Part shown: in pieces, positions 38,612 to 48,088 of the stretch
Layout of the letters: every line of letters starts with the position of its first letter
Numbering within the stretch: the stretch's first letter is position 1
Source: Longimicrobiales bacterium
GTDB taxonomy: Bacteria; Gemmatimonadota; Gemmatimonadetes; Longimicrobiales; Gaopeijiaceae
Assembly: GCA_963664435.2 (NCBI GenBank)
Contig: CAXXKM010000001.1
Location: 992,001 to 1,056,000 of the forward strand
DNA length: 64,000 bases
Reading direction: 5' to 3'
Made by a program: the position numbers and the translations under genes
Notes under the pieces: generated by a model
What the model saw: only the letters and a program-made list of their open reading frames with translations
What the model was told of the DNA's origin: nothing
Database searches by the model: none

Positions 38612-41319
38612 TGCCGAGTGCGATTCTGCTCGGACGGCTGCTGCTCGCGCCGATTCTGCTCGCGACGTGGCTCGCGGGAGTCTCTTCGCCGGGGCTCGCG
38701 GCGCAGGACAGCCAGGACGTGGCGCGGATGACCGGCGAGATCGGCGTCGACCCCGAGCCCGGCAGCCTGCTGGCCAACGCCGCCCGATTGTCCGTCCGGC
38801 AGGTACCGCTCGCCGAAGCCCTGGTCCAGCTCGCTGAGCGTTCCCGGGTGCAGATCGCCTTCAGCCCCAGCCTCCTTCCCTCGGACCGCTTCGTCGACTG
38901 CGACTGCGCAACAACGAACATTGCGCGCACCCTGGACGAGCTGCTCGCCCGCACCGACCTGGGCTACGTGGAGTTGGGGTCGCAGGTGATCATCGTGCCC
39001 CGGGCGCGGCGGGAAACATCGCCGCTGGATGCGATCGTCGGCGGCCAGGCGGGAGCGGAGGTCGCGGTCGCGGCGGCAGATGAGCCGACGGATGCCCAGA
39101 CCCCGGGAGAGACGCCTGCCTCGGAGGCCTACCTCGACGAAACCGCCCGGCGCCTGGTCCAGGGTGCACGCGCCGCCCGCGATGCAGCCCTGTCGGACAT
39201 CGAGTCCTACACGGCCATGGTCAGGGAGCGCTATTCCATCGAGTTCTCGATGCTGCTCCGTGACCGGCCTCTCTTGCGGCAGGAATCGGCCATCCGCGTC
39301 CGTTGGTCGAGGAGCCAGCCCACTGTTCTGCGTGTGCTGGGATCCCGCATGGAAATCGGCGGGCAGCGCTTCAAGCCCGGCCGGCCCGAAGGCGTTGCGG
39401 CGCGTTTTGCGGCGGATCCGCTCCGTGATCCGTTCAGCCTCTTCGTCGTCTCCGGACTGGGGGCCAAGGTCGAGGAATCCTGGTTTGTGCCTTCCGTGAC
39501 CCCGCTCGACGAGGACGCGGAGCGGTTCTACCAGTTCCGCTCCGGAGACACGATCTCGGTTGACTTCGCTGGAGGGTCCGTGCAGGCGGTGAGCGTCACC
39601 GCGCACCCCCGCGCCCAGCACCTCGGGCTGGTCTTCGCCGTGATGTGGGTCGAACTCGAGACGTTCGGGGTGGTACGGACCATCTATCGTCCGGCAAAGC
39701 CCATCAATTCGGAGCTGAGCCTTCGCAAGGGGAGCGGGTCCCTGCTGAACATCGACAACGTATATCGGGGCAAGGCGCTGGGCGACATCGAGGCGCCCTC
39801 GCCCCCGCGTCCCGGACTATCGGGCCGGATATTGAACTACGGCCTCAATACGCTGGTGGGGCTCCGGATGGAAATCGGCGTGCCCGTAGCGGTCGTCGAC
39901 TACTCCATGTGGAACTTCCGCTACTGGCTTCCGCGGCGGGCGAGCTTTGCGCACTACGCCACCAGCGGAGATGAATGGGACGCCGAGGACTCCGAGAGAG
40001 TCATGATGCGGGGGTTGCACGACTGGGACTTCGAGATGGAGGAAGTCTCGACGGGTGCCGGGGATCCGGGGGATCCGGCGCCCGCGACCGAGGAGCTGGT
40101 CTGGTCCTGGCGCGAGCCAGGAGACACGGTTGTGGTCAAGGACGGTTCGCAACCCGATTCCGGCACCGTTGTGATCATGCCGCGCGAGTGGCGGGCGCTC
40201 GCCGCGAGCGATCTTCTGCCCCCATCGATCTGGGAGGAGCAGGAAAACGGACTCTACGGGGGCATGATCGAGGAAGCCGGCGAAGTCCTGGATTCCATCG
40301 GCATCGCCCGAGGTGCCGACGACCTCGAGGGCGCGGCGGTGGATCCCGGCGTCAGCGAATGGCATTTCGAAGCACCCGTATTGTCCCCGAGGCTCATGCG
40401 CTACAACCCGATAGAGGGCCTGTCGATGGGCAGCCGCCTGGTCCGCGATTTCCCATGGGGCCGGGGCGCGCTGACGGTGCGGACGGGAACGCGGCGGCGT
40501 GAGCCCAGTATCGACCTGGCCACGGAGTACGGCCGGACCGGCCCACGCGTACGACTCTCGCTCTACCACACCCTCCGCGAAACGAGAGGCACCTCAACCG
40601 GACACCGTGCGCCGCGCTGGGCATTCGTGGTCGATCCTTCCGATTACTACGTCGTCCGCGGAGCCGCCATCCAGCTCCTCCCCGCGAGGAGCGAACGCCT
40701 CTGGACTTCGCTGAGCGTGTTTTCCGAGACGAACACGACGCTGGACGGCGACGCAAGAAGGCGTCACGGAGTCGACCTTTACTGGAGGCCCTGGTGGGGC
40801 GGGCTCACCGGACGCAGGGTGAACGGGGGCGCGGACATCTCGCTGCGGGGACTGATCGGCGACTATCCCAACGTCCGCCTGTCCGCCATGGGCATGGTGG
40901 TCATCCCCCTGCCGGCCGACCTGTCGATGGCGCTGGAGGCGGGTGGCGCCCGCGTCGAGGGAGACCCGGCTCCGGGAGAAATCTGGAGGCTCGGCAGTTC
41001 CGGCGACTGGCTGCGGGGCTATCCCCAGACCGTGCTGAGCGGGAGACAGGTCTGGAGGAGCCGGATCGAGCTGCAGCGCAAGGTCAGCCTGGTTGCCCTC
41101 TCGGTCCTCCACGACTGGGCGAGGGTGGACGAAAGGAGCCTGCAGTCCGCGGGTTTTGGCGTGTCGGTCTTCAACGGGTTCCTGCGCCTCGACGTGGCAA
41201 GGCCACTCGCGCCCTGGTACCTGGAGGGAACCCCGGTCCCCGGGCGCTGGCGCGCGGGCATCGACTATCCACACGAACCCGAGTGGCAGTGGCAACTGCG
41301 CGGGCTGGCGCCGTTCTGA
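38611..41319 (+). CDS. Exported / outer membrane protein with STN-like domain and beta-rich C-terminus
   Basis: TGATG coupling; signal peptide; STN-like paralogous domain; 'RYNPIEGLS'; C-terminal alternating beta strands ending in Phe. Confidence 0.7.
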   Translation: MPSAILLGRLLLAPILLATWLAGVSSPGLAAQDSQDVARMTGEIGVDPEPGSLLANAARLSVRQVPLAEALVQLAERSRVQIAFSPSLLPSDRFVDCDCATTNIARTLDELLARTDLGYVELGSQVIIVPRARRETSPLDAIVGGQAGAEVAVAAADEPTDAQTPGETPASEAYLDETARRLVQGARAARDAALSDIESYTAMVRERYSIEFSMLLRDRPLLRQESAIRVRWSRSQPTVLRVLGSRMEIGGQRFKPGRPEGVAARFAADPLRDPFSLFVVSGLGAKVEESWFVPSVTPLDEDAERFYQFRSGDTISVDFAGGSVQAVSVTAHPRAQHLGLVFAVMWVELETFGVVRTIYRPAKPINSELSLRKGSGSLLNIDNVYRGKALGDIEAPSPPRPGLSGRILNYGLNTLVGLRMEIGVPVAVVDYSMWNFRYWLPRRASFAHYATSGDEWDAEDSERVMMRGLHDWDFEMEEVSTGAGDPGDPAPATEELVWSWREPGDTVVVKDGSQPDSGTVVIMPREWRALAASDLLPPSIWEEQENGLYGGMIEEAGEVLDSIGIARGADDLEGAAVDPGVSEWHFEAPVLSPRLMRYNPIEGLSMGSRLVRDFPWGRGALTVRTGTRRREPSIDLATEYGRTGPRVRLSLYHTLRETRGTSTGHRAPRWAFVVDPSDYYVVRGAAIQLLPARSERLWTSLSVFSETNTTLDGDARRRHGVDLYWRPWWGGLTGRRVNGGADISLRGLIGDYPNVRLSAMGMVVIPLPADLSMALEAGGARVEGDPAPGEIWRLGSSGDWLRGYPQTVLSGRQVWRSRIELQRKVSLVALSVLHDWARVDERSLQSAGFGVSVFNGFLRLDVARPLAPWYLEGTPVPGRWRAGIDYPHEPEWQWQLRGLAPF

Positions 41320-42155
41320 TGATATTGGGACGACTCGCATCCAGGGCGCCGATTTCGCCGGGCATGGCCGTGCTGGCTGGTGTGGTCCTCATCTGCGGCT
41401 ATGCCGTGGTGCAATGGACGGGACGCTTCGATGACGGTTTGGGCCAGGCCGCAACCCCTCAGCCTCCGCCGCCGGGCGTCGTCGACCCGGTGAACCGGGG
41501 GATCCTGATCGAGGCCGGCACATTCATCAGCGGCAGCGATGGCTGGGACACAGTCGTCGCCCCGGGCAGTCCGTACTCGAAACGGGACGAGTATCCGCGC
41601 CCGCGCACGGTCCAGAGCTTCTGGATGCAGGAACACGAGGTGACGAACGAGGAGTATCGCCGATTCGACGCCGGGCACGCGTTCTCCAGCGGGGAGGAGC
41701 GCCATCCGGTCGTCAATGTCACCTGGCGGGAGGCCATGGCCTACGCCGTCTCCGTAGGAGGAAGCCTGCCGACCGAGGTGCAGTGGGAATTCGCGGCGAG
41801 AGGCTCGGAGAGACGGAAGTACCCGTGGGGCGACTCGGAGCCGACGTGCGAACGGGTACATTTCCGCACCTGCGATCCGAGAGGTCCGATCGAGGTCATG
41901 GCCCGGCCCAAGGGCGCCACGCCGGAGGGCATCCACGACCTGGCGGGGAACGTAGCGGAGTGGGTAGTGCCCCTTTGGTTCGAACCGGGGAGAACCCCCG
42001 TGAACGATGACTCGCGCCGATTGCGGGGCGGATCGTTCCTCTCCCCGCCGTTCGCCCTGCGCGCCGCGGACCGCGTCAGGTACCTGTATGCCGGCTTCAA
42101 GTCGGAGGATGTAGGGTTTCGCGTGGTGTGGGCTTTGGACGGCGGGCGGAACTGA
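41319..42155 (+). CDS. SUMF1/FGE-sulfatase family protein
   Basis: 'HEVTNEEY', 'HPVVNVTW', 'LPTEVQWEFAARG', 'DLAGNVAEW', 'RGGSF', 'GFRVV'. Confidence 0.9.
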   Translation: MILGRLASRAPISPGMAVLAGVVLICGYAVVQWTGRFDDGLGQAATPQPPPPGVVDPVNRGILIEAGTFISGSDGWDTVVAPGSPYSKRDEYPRPRTVQSFWMQEHEVTNEEYRRFDAGHAFSSGEERHPVVNVTWREAMAYAVSVGGSLPTEVQWEFAARGSERRKYPWGDSEPTCERVHFRTCDPRGPIEVMARPKGATPEGIHDLAGNVAEWVVPLWFEPGRTPVNDDSRRLRGGSFLSPPFALRAADRVRYLYAGFKSEDVGFRVVWALDGGRN

Positions 42156-42172
42156 CCCGGGCGCCGCGGAGC

Positions 42173-43201
42173 ATGAGCGACACCGGGACACGTCCCTCGG
42201 AGCAACTGCCCGAAGGGAAGATCCCGCCCCGCGTGCTCCGCGAGGTGCTGCGCCGACTCGGCGGGGGCGCCGGGCTCGATCCGGGACCCGCGTCCGGCGA
42301 GGATGCCGCGGTCGCCGCGGCCGGAAGCGAGCCACGAATCGTCCTGGCGGCCGATCCCATCACCTTTCCGAGCGCCGATCCCGGCTGGCACGCCGTCGTG
42401 GTGAACGCGAACGACGTGGCCGCGACCGGGGGAGAGCCCCGCTGGTTCCTGTCCTCGATTCTCGTACCCCCCGGGACCGATGCGGCGCGCATCGTGCAGA
42501 TCGCGGACGGCATCCGGACCGGCTGCCGCGAAGTCGGCGCGATCCCCGCCGGAGGCCATACCGAAGTCACCGCCGCCGTGCGTCACGAAGTGGTGGCCGG
42601 GGCCATGGTCGGCGTCGCCTTCCCGGAGCGCCTGAAGCCGAGCGGCGGGGCGCGCGAAGGCGACCTGCTCGTGATCACCAAGGGCATCGCCATCGAGGCC
42701 ACCGCCATCATCGCGACCGAATACGCGGAGGACGTAAGCCGGAGATTCGACCCCGAGTTCCGGGAGCGGTCGGCCCGCTTCCTGAAAGATCCCGGGATCA
42801 GCGTCGTACCCGAAGCCCGTATCGCCGCCCGCACGCCGGGTGTCCACGCGATGCACGACGTGACGGAGGGAGGCGTAGCGACGGCCATCCGGGAGATGGC
42901 CGAGGCGTCGGGGCTCGGGGCGATCGTCGAGGAGGCGAAGATCCCGCGTTTCGACGAATCAAGCCGACTGATGAGTCACTACGGCCTCGACATCCTGGGC
43001 GCCATCGGCTCCGGAGCGCTCCTTGTCGCCTGCTCGGAGGCCGGAACGGACCGTCTCCTGCGGCGCCTGGGGGACGCCGGCATCGCCGGACGCGTTGTGG
43101 GCCGGTTCGTCCGGGCCGCGCGGGGGATCGTGCTGGAGCGTGGGTCATCGCGGCGGGAGCTGCCGCGGTTCGAGGCGGACGAGATCACGCGTCTGCCCTG
43201 A
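42173..43201 (+). CDS. AIR synthase-related (HypE/PurM-like) protein
   Basis: 'GEDAAV', 'DPIT', 'VNANDVA..GGEP', 'GGHTE', 'MHDVTEGG'. Confidence 0.88.
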   Translation: MSDTGTRPSEQLPEGKIPPRVLREVLRRLGGGAGLDPGPASGEDAAVAAAGSEPRIVLAADPITFPSADPGWHAVVVNANDVAATGGEPRWFLSSILVPPGTDAARIVQIADGIRTGCREVGAIPAGGHTEVTAAVRHEVVAGAMVGVAFPERLKPSGGAREGDLLVITKGIAIEATAIIATEYAEDVSRRFDPEFRERSARFLKDPGISVVPEARIAARTPGVHAMHDVTEGGVATAIREMAEASGLGAIVEEAKIPRFDESSRLMSHYGLDILGAIGSGALLVACSEAGTDRLLRRLGDAGIAGRVVGRFVRAARGIVLERGSSRRELPRFEADEITRLP

Positions 43202-43222
43202 CGACCCCGTCCGGCCTCGCCC

Positions 43223-45535
43223 CTACCCTCCCAGCACGTTGAACTGCCGGGTGAACTTGACGATGAAGGAACGCGCCAGCGTCCCGCTCTCGACGAACCT
43301 TCCGCCGCCGTGGTTGAGCCCGGCCGGATAGTCGAAGCCCTGCACGTCGTTGTACACGATGAACAGGCCGGTTCCCGCCGTGTTCAGCCAGCCGAAGCGC
43401 AGGTTGGCGGACCAGCTGTCCACCTGGTTCGAGTACTGCACCAGCGACTGCAGATAGACGCGCGGCGTGAAGAAGTAGCCGAAGTTCAGCCCCAGCAGCA
43501 CCGTCTCGAAGTTCCCCTCGGGCAGGCTCACGTCGAAGTAGTTGACGCGCGCCGAGGTGCTGAACGACGCGTTCGGCCGGAAGGTGACGGAGCCGTCGCC
43601 GCCCCAGCGGCTGCCGCTCAGGAAGCTGCCGATGTTGACGCTCGACGACAGCGACAGCCGGGCGGACGCGTTGGTGTTGAAGACCAGGTTGGTCTCCCAG
43701 CCCCGGTACGTCCCCTCGGGCACGACCACATCGGTACCGCGAATCTGGAACGGCTCGTAGAGCCCCTCGACGATCATGTTGATGCCCGAATTGATCTGCG
43801 CGCCCGAGGGCCATTCCCAGTGCGTGTCGATGTGCAGGAAGGCCGATTCCTGGAAGCCCCGATCCACTCCGGTCTTGCGGCTGTGATAGGTGTTGTACAT
43901 GACGTGCGGCCGGACTTCGCGGAGCCACGAAGGGCGGATCTTGTACATCACGAAGGCCTGGTAGTAGCGATATCCCCGGCGCGGCAGGAAGCCCACCTCC
44001 GGGTTGAATCCCTCCCCGATCTCGCGAACGTTGGCGTTGATCTCCAGGTCCCGGCTGGTCCAGCCCGTCGAGAGATCCCACGCAAACTCGTTGCCTTCGG
44101 TTCCCGGCCCGTCGGTTCTCGACGCGAAGCTGCTGAAGGTCAGCGCCTCCCCGATGCCCAGCGCGCCGTCCACCGCATAGGTGCGGTTGAAGTCGCCCTC
44201 CGCCTCGCCCTTGTCGGGGTCGCCGCCCGGCCCTCCCTTGTTGATGAACAGGCCGCCGACCCGCGAACGATTGGGCAGCTCCCTGGCCACGCGCGCCACC
44301 GAGTACCCCCGCGGGTCCTGCAGGCCCTCGGCCCCGTCGGTCTCGATGTGCAGCAGACCGACGTTCAGCCCAGCGGCCCGGCCCGAGAGTCGCGCGCCAC
44401 CCTTGATCGGCACCGGCTGACCGGCGGCGATGCCGATGGCGCGGCTGAAGAACAGGTCCGCGCCTCCTCCTCCGACGGTGAAGAACCCGGCGTTCTCGAG
44501 GAAGAACGAACGCTTCTCCGGGAAGTTGAGGCGGAAGCGGGTGAGGTTGAGCTGCTGGTCGTCGACTTCTACCTGGGCGAAGTCGGTGTTGTAGGTCACG
44601 TCGAGCGTGAGCCCCTGCGTGACCTGGAACTTGACGTCGCCGCCGACGTTGCCGTCCTGACCGAAGCCGGTCTCGGTGGCGCTGGTGTAGTCGCGGGCGG
44701 TCGAGCCGAGCACGTAGGGGGTCATGGTGCCCAGGCGCCGGAACGGAGGCCGCAGCCCTTCGAGATCCCCGGCGTAGTTGAGGCGGTAGAGGTTGAATTC
44801 CCGGGGAACCGGGGTCCAGAACGACTCTTCGTTCAGGCGCCGGATGCGCCGGGCCACGTTGAAGCCCCAGGTCGCCGCGTCGTTGCCGTAGCGCAGCGTG
44901 TTGAAGGGGATGCGGAACTCGGCGTACCAGCCCCGGTCGTCGGTCGTGGTCGCCACCGTCCAGCTGCCGTCCCAGTTCTTGTTGAAGCCACCACCCGAGC
45001 CGGACTGAAAACGCTGGCGGCTGTTGAATCCGCCACCGCCGAAGCGGCCGCCGCCCCGCCCTTCGTTGGCGACCTGGCCATCGTATTCGATGCCGGTCGG
45101 AGTGGTGCCGAAGACAAAGCCGTTCTGGTCGTCGTTGTAGGTGTCCAGAACGAAGACGATGGCGTCGCTCTCGGTCACCTCGTAGTCACGGATGCGCTCG
45201 CCGTAGGTGATGTTGCCCGGCTGGCTGTCGAACGCCCACACGCCGACGTAGAGGGCTTCGGCATCGAACACGACCCGCACCTCGGTGCGCTCGCTGGCGG
45301 GCTGCCCGTCCATGGGTTCGCGCTGGATGAAGCCGGTCATGACCGCGGCCTGTTGCCACGCGGCCTCGTCCAGGCGGCCGTCGACGATGGGGCCCTCGGT
45401 CACCTCGGTGGCAGCGGCAACCACCGGAAGGACTTCGCCGCCGCCCCCGTTGCCCGCTTCCTCCTGCGAATCCTGGGCGAGCAACGGTGCAGCGGTCAGG
45501 GTTGCCAGGGTGGCGGCAGTGATTCGCGGGAGCAT
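43223..45535 (-). CDS. DUF5916 / CBM9-like outer membrane protein (paralog A)
   Basis: Same motifs as 23420-25726; near-duplicate of 48089-50386. Confidence 0.87.
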   Translation of the reverse strand: MLPRITAATLATLTAAPLLAQDSQEEAGNGGGGEVLPVVAAATEVTEGPIVDGRLDEAAWQQAAVMTGFIQREPMDGQPASERTEVRVVFDAEALYVGVWAFDSQPGNITYGERIRDYEVTESDAIVFVLDTYNDDQNGFVFGTTPTGIEYDGQVANEGRGGGRFGGGGFNSRQRFQSGSGGGFNKNWDGSWTVATTTDDRGWYAEFRIPFNTLRYGNDAATWGFNVARRIRRLNEESFWTPVPREFNLYRLNYAGDLEGLRPPFRRLGTMTPYVLGSTARDYTSATETGFGQDGNVGGDVKFQVTQGLTLDVTYNTDFAQVEVDDQQLNLTRFRLNFPEKRSFFLENAGFFTVGGGGADLFFSRAIGIAAGQPVPIKGGARLSGRAAGLNVGLLHIETDGAEGLQDPRGYSVARVARELPNRSRVGGLFINKGGPGGDPDKGEAEGDFNRTYAVDGALGIGEALTFSSFASRTDGPGTEGNEFAWDLSTGWTSRDLEINANVREIGEGFNPEVGFLPRRGYRYYQAFVMYKIRPSWLREVRPHVMYNTYHSRKTGVDRGFQESAFLHIDTHWEWPSGAQINSGINMIVEGLYEPFQIRGTDVVVPEGTYRGWETNLVFNTNASARLSLSSSVNIGSFLSGSRWGGDGSVTFRPNASFSTSARVNYFDVSLPEGNFETVLLGLNFGYFFTPRVYLQSLVQYSNQVDSWSANLRFGWLNTAGTGLFIVYNDVQGFDYPAGLNHGGGRFVESGTLARSFIVKFTRQFNVLGG

Positions 45536-45578
45536 GGGATGCTTCCTCTTTCCGGGGATGGGATGCCTCGAGAGGCGG

Positions 45579-45986
45579 CTAGGCCGACGATTGCGCCCGG
45601 CCGGCGCGCCAGGCGTCCAGCGAGTACCTGCCGGGGCCGTTGGCGAAGAAAAAGAGCCAGGTGAAGCAGTAGAACATCGCCAACTCGCCCCGGTTCATGA
45701 TCGGCCAGAACCCCTGCGGCAGGTGGGCGATGAAGTAGGCCACGGCCATCTCGCCCGCGAGAATGAACGCCACCGGGCGGGTAAAGAGCCCCGCCGCCAG
45801 GAGCAGGCCTCCGCCCAACTCCAGGATGCCGGCGAGACCGGGCTGGCTCATCAGCGTCTCCACCTGGTTCCCGCCGATCGCTCCGAACAGCTTCTGGACT
45901 CCGTGCTGCATGAACAGGAGCGCCGCTACGATTCGGAGGACGTTGAGGGTCAACTCGTTGAATCCGCCGCGGTTGGTTTCGCTCAT
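45579..45986 (-). CDS. DoxX family membrane protein
   Basis: 'LRIVAALLFMQHGVQKLFG', 'GLFTRPVAF', 'GPGRYSLD'. Confidence 0.92.
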   Translation of the reverse strand: MSETNRGGFNELTLNVLRIVAALLFMQHGVQKLFGAIGGNQVETLMSQPGLAGILELGGGLLLAAGLFTRPVAFILAGEMAVAYFIAHLPQGFWPIMNRGELAMFYCFTWLFFFANGPGRYSLDAWRAGRAQSSA

Positions 45987-46013
45987 GACTCGGCCTCGCT
46001 GGTGTCGGGGTGG

Positions 46014-46736
46014 CTACTGCCGGTCGAAGAAGCGGTTCAGCTTCCCGGAGAATCCTCTCTTCATCCTTGACCGACCCGCAGCGAGGCGTTTTCGCTGACG
46101 GTCTTCCAGCTTGCGGCGCCGTTTCGCCTGTCGTTTGGTCTCCCCCGGAAGCCGGAAGTCCACTTCCACTTCGCCAAGCACGGCCATGCAGTTCAGCCGC
46201 ACGATCGGCCGGTCGACGCCCGGAGCCGCCGGAGTCGGACGCCCCGGGTCGACGCTGCCCAGAATCGCAGTACCGCCACATTCCACCTGGAGGCCCTCCG
46301 GAGCGATGATCTCGACCGAGCCGAGAATCGCCTTGACGTCGAAGTCGAATTCACCGGGACCGAGGCCCGCGTCGCGCAGATCGAGTTCCACCGATCCCAG
46401 GGTGGCGACGACCTTCGTCTTTCTCGCCGGAACCCAGTGGCCCGTTCGCTTGGTTTCGCCCAGCACGGCAACCGCCGAATCGGTGTCTCGCTGCGAGGCC
46501 TGCTCGCCGTATGCCTGTCCCGCCGGCCGACCTTCGCGGGCCGGAGCCGGCTGGAGGCGGTCCACCACGGCCTGGATCCCGGACAGGGCGCCGGCCTCCT
46601 GAACCCGGCTCACGAGCTCCTCGAACTCCTCCAGCGAGAGCCGGTCGTGGGCAAACTGCTCGCTCAGGATGTCGACGGCCTTGCGGCGGGCGTCGTCCAG
46701 GGACGAGAGAGTTCTGTTGGATTCCACCAGCTCCAC
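46014..46736 (-). CDS. DUF1707 + LiaF-like (DUF2154) protein
   Basis: 'RRKAVDILSEQFAHDRLSLEEFEE' and 'LGSVELDLRDA'. Confidence 0.8.
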   Translation of the reverse strand: MELVESNRTLSSLDDARRKAVDILSEQFAHDRLSLEEFEELVSRVQEAGALSGIQAVVDRLQPAPAREGRPAGQAYGEQASQRDTDSAVAVLGETKRTGHWVPARKTKVVATLGSVELDLRDAGLGPGEFDFDVKAILGSVEIIAPEGLQVECGGTAILGSVDPGRPTPAAPGVDRPIVRLNCMAVLGEVEVDFRLPGETKRQAKRRRKLEDRQRKRLAAGRSRMKRGFSGKLNRFFDRQ

Positions 46737-46770
46737 GACCTCCCGAATTCGTCTTGACGCCCTGGAGCGA

Positions 46771-47679
46771 TCAGCCCTCGAGCGGCGGCGTCCGTACCAG
46801 CAAAGCCGCCACCAGAATGACCAGGTGGGCGACGGTCAGCTCCCGGATCGCGTTGCGGCGCAGCGGGCGAGCTCCGCCGACGCCCCACAGTCTCGGCGTC
46901 AGGACTCTCCAGTTCACGGCCCCCAGGATCAGGACGACCAGGACCAGCCCGATCTTGGTCAGCAGGATGCGCCCGTATCGCGTCGAGAACAGAGCGTCCA
47001 GCGACGCCACGTGAAGCCAGGACGCCAGGGCTCCCGTCCCGACCAGCAGGGCCCCCGCGACGAGCGCGACCTGGGAGAAGAGGGGCAGGACTTCGGCAAG
47101 CAGGGCGTTGCCCCGACCGCTGCGCCGCCGCTCCCTGAGTTCGGCGATGAGCACGAAGAACAGTCCTCCGATCCAGCTCCCCGCGGCGAGGACGTGGAGG
47201 AAGTCCGCGGGAATCGAGAGCCAGCGCAGGCCCTCCGTGGCGACCGCGTGTCCCGTGAATGCCGGAAAGGCGCACATCGCTCCCGCGAGCACGCTCGCCA
47301 CGATCCAGGCTGCGCGCTGAAGCTCCGACCCCCTGCCGTCCGCCGCCGCGAAGGCGAAGGCCGCAACCGTCACGACCGCCCCGACCGTGATCAGTCGCCA
47401 GCTCAGGCCCCAGTCCGTCGCGAGGAGCACCGAGGCGTCTACCCCCCAGGGCACGAGCGGATCGCGAAAGTCGCGGAGCTGTCGCCAGAAGAGGAGCCCG
47501 ACCCCGGCCAGGAGCGCGGTCGAGCCGATCAGCCCGACGCTGCGGGCCGCGGCGATGACGGAATGACGGCGGCGCCCCAGAACCCGGGGCGCGATGAGCC
47601 AGCGGCTGGAGGCCGCCCCCCAGGCCGTAATGAGCCCGGCAAAGAACAGCCAGCCGACGAGAGCGTCGGCAATCGGCAA
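46771..47679 (-). CDS. copD: Copper resistance protein CopD family
   Basis: Multi-TM; 'TGHA', 'LHVLAAGSWIGG', 'YGRILLTK'; directly downstream of copC. Confidence 0.85.
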   Translation of the reverse strand: MPIADALVGWLFFAGLITAWGAASSRWLIAPRVLGRRRHSVIAAARSVGLIGSTALLAGVGLLFWRQLRDFRDPLVPWGVDASVLLATDWGLSWRLITVGAVVTVAAFAFAAADGRGSELQRAAWIVASVLAGAMCAFPAFTGHAVATEGLRWLSIPADFLHVLAAGSWIGGLFFVLIAELRERRRSGRGNALLAEVLPLFSQVALVAGALLVGTGALASWLHVASLDALFSTRYGRILLTKIGLVLVVLILGAVNWRVLTPRLWGVGGARPLRRNAIRELTVAHLVILVAALLVRTPPLEG

Positions 47680-47696
47680 CAGGGGGAGACCGGCGT

Positions 47697-48086
47697 CTAT
47701 GGAACCTGGACCGTAAAGGGAATCTCGCCCCGCACGACATGGCCGTCGGCGGCCATGGCCCGCCAGGCGATATTGTAAGCGCCTTGTTCAAGTGTCCGCT
47801 CGACCGCCACGCTGTAGACCTTGTCGTCCTCGGAGTCGGGGATCTCCGGACCGGTCTCGACCAACGTATCGCCGGCCAGCAGCCGTATGGACGTGGATTT
47901 GTCCTGGGGCGCCTGCGTGAACCACAGGCGCAACTCCTCGGGCGGGGATACCGCCGCTTCCGCCGCGGGCTCCGACTTGCTCAGGGAGAAGTGAAGCGCG
48001 AGGTGGTCGAGGGCGCCCGTCAGAATCAGAACCAGCAGCAGCGTGCATCCCGCAAGGGACGCGGCGGCGGACCGGTTGACCCTCAT
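47697..48086 (-). CDS. copC: Copper resistance protein CopC
   Basis: Signal peptide followed by 'HFSLSKSEP'; 'LRLWFT'; '[16 protein letters not shown]'. Confidence 0.9.
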   Translation of the reverse strand: MRVNRSAAASLAGCTLLLVLILTGALDHLALHFSLSKSEPAAEAAVSPPEELRLWFTQAPQDKSTSIRLLAGDTLVETGPEIPDSEDDKVYSVAVERTLEQGAYNIAWRAMAADGHVVRGEIPFTVQVP

Positions 48087-48088
48087 CC

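Noticed and set aside
42173..43201. hypE / hydrogenase maturation
   Set aside because: No other hyp or hydrogenase genes nearby, so left as a generic AIR synthase family protein.
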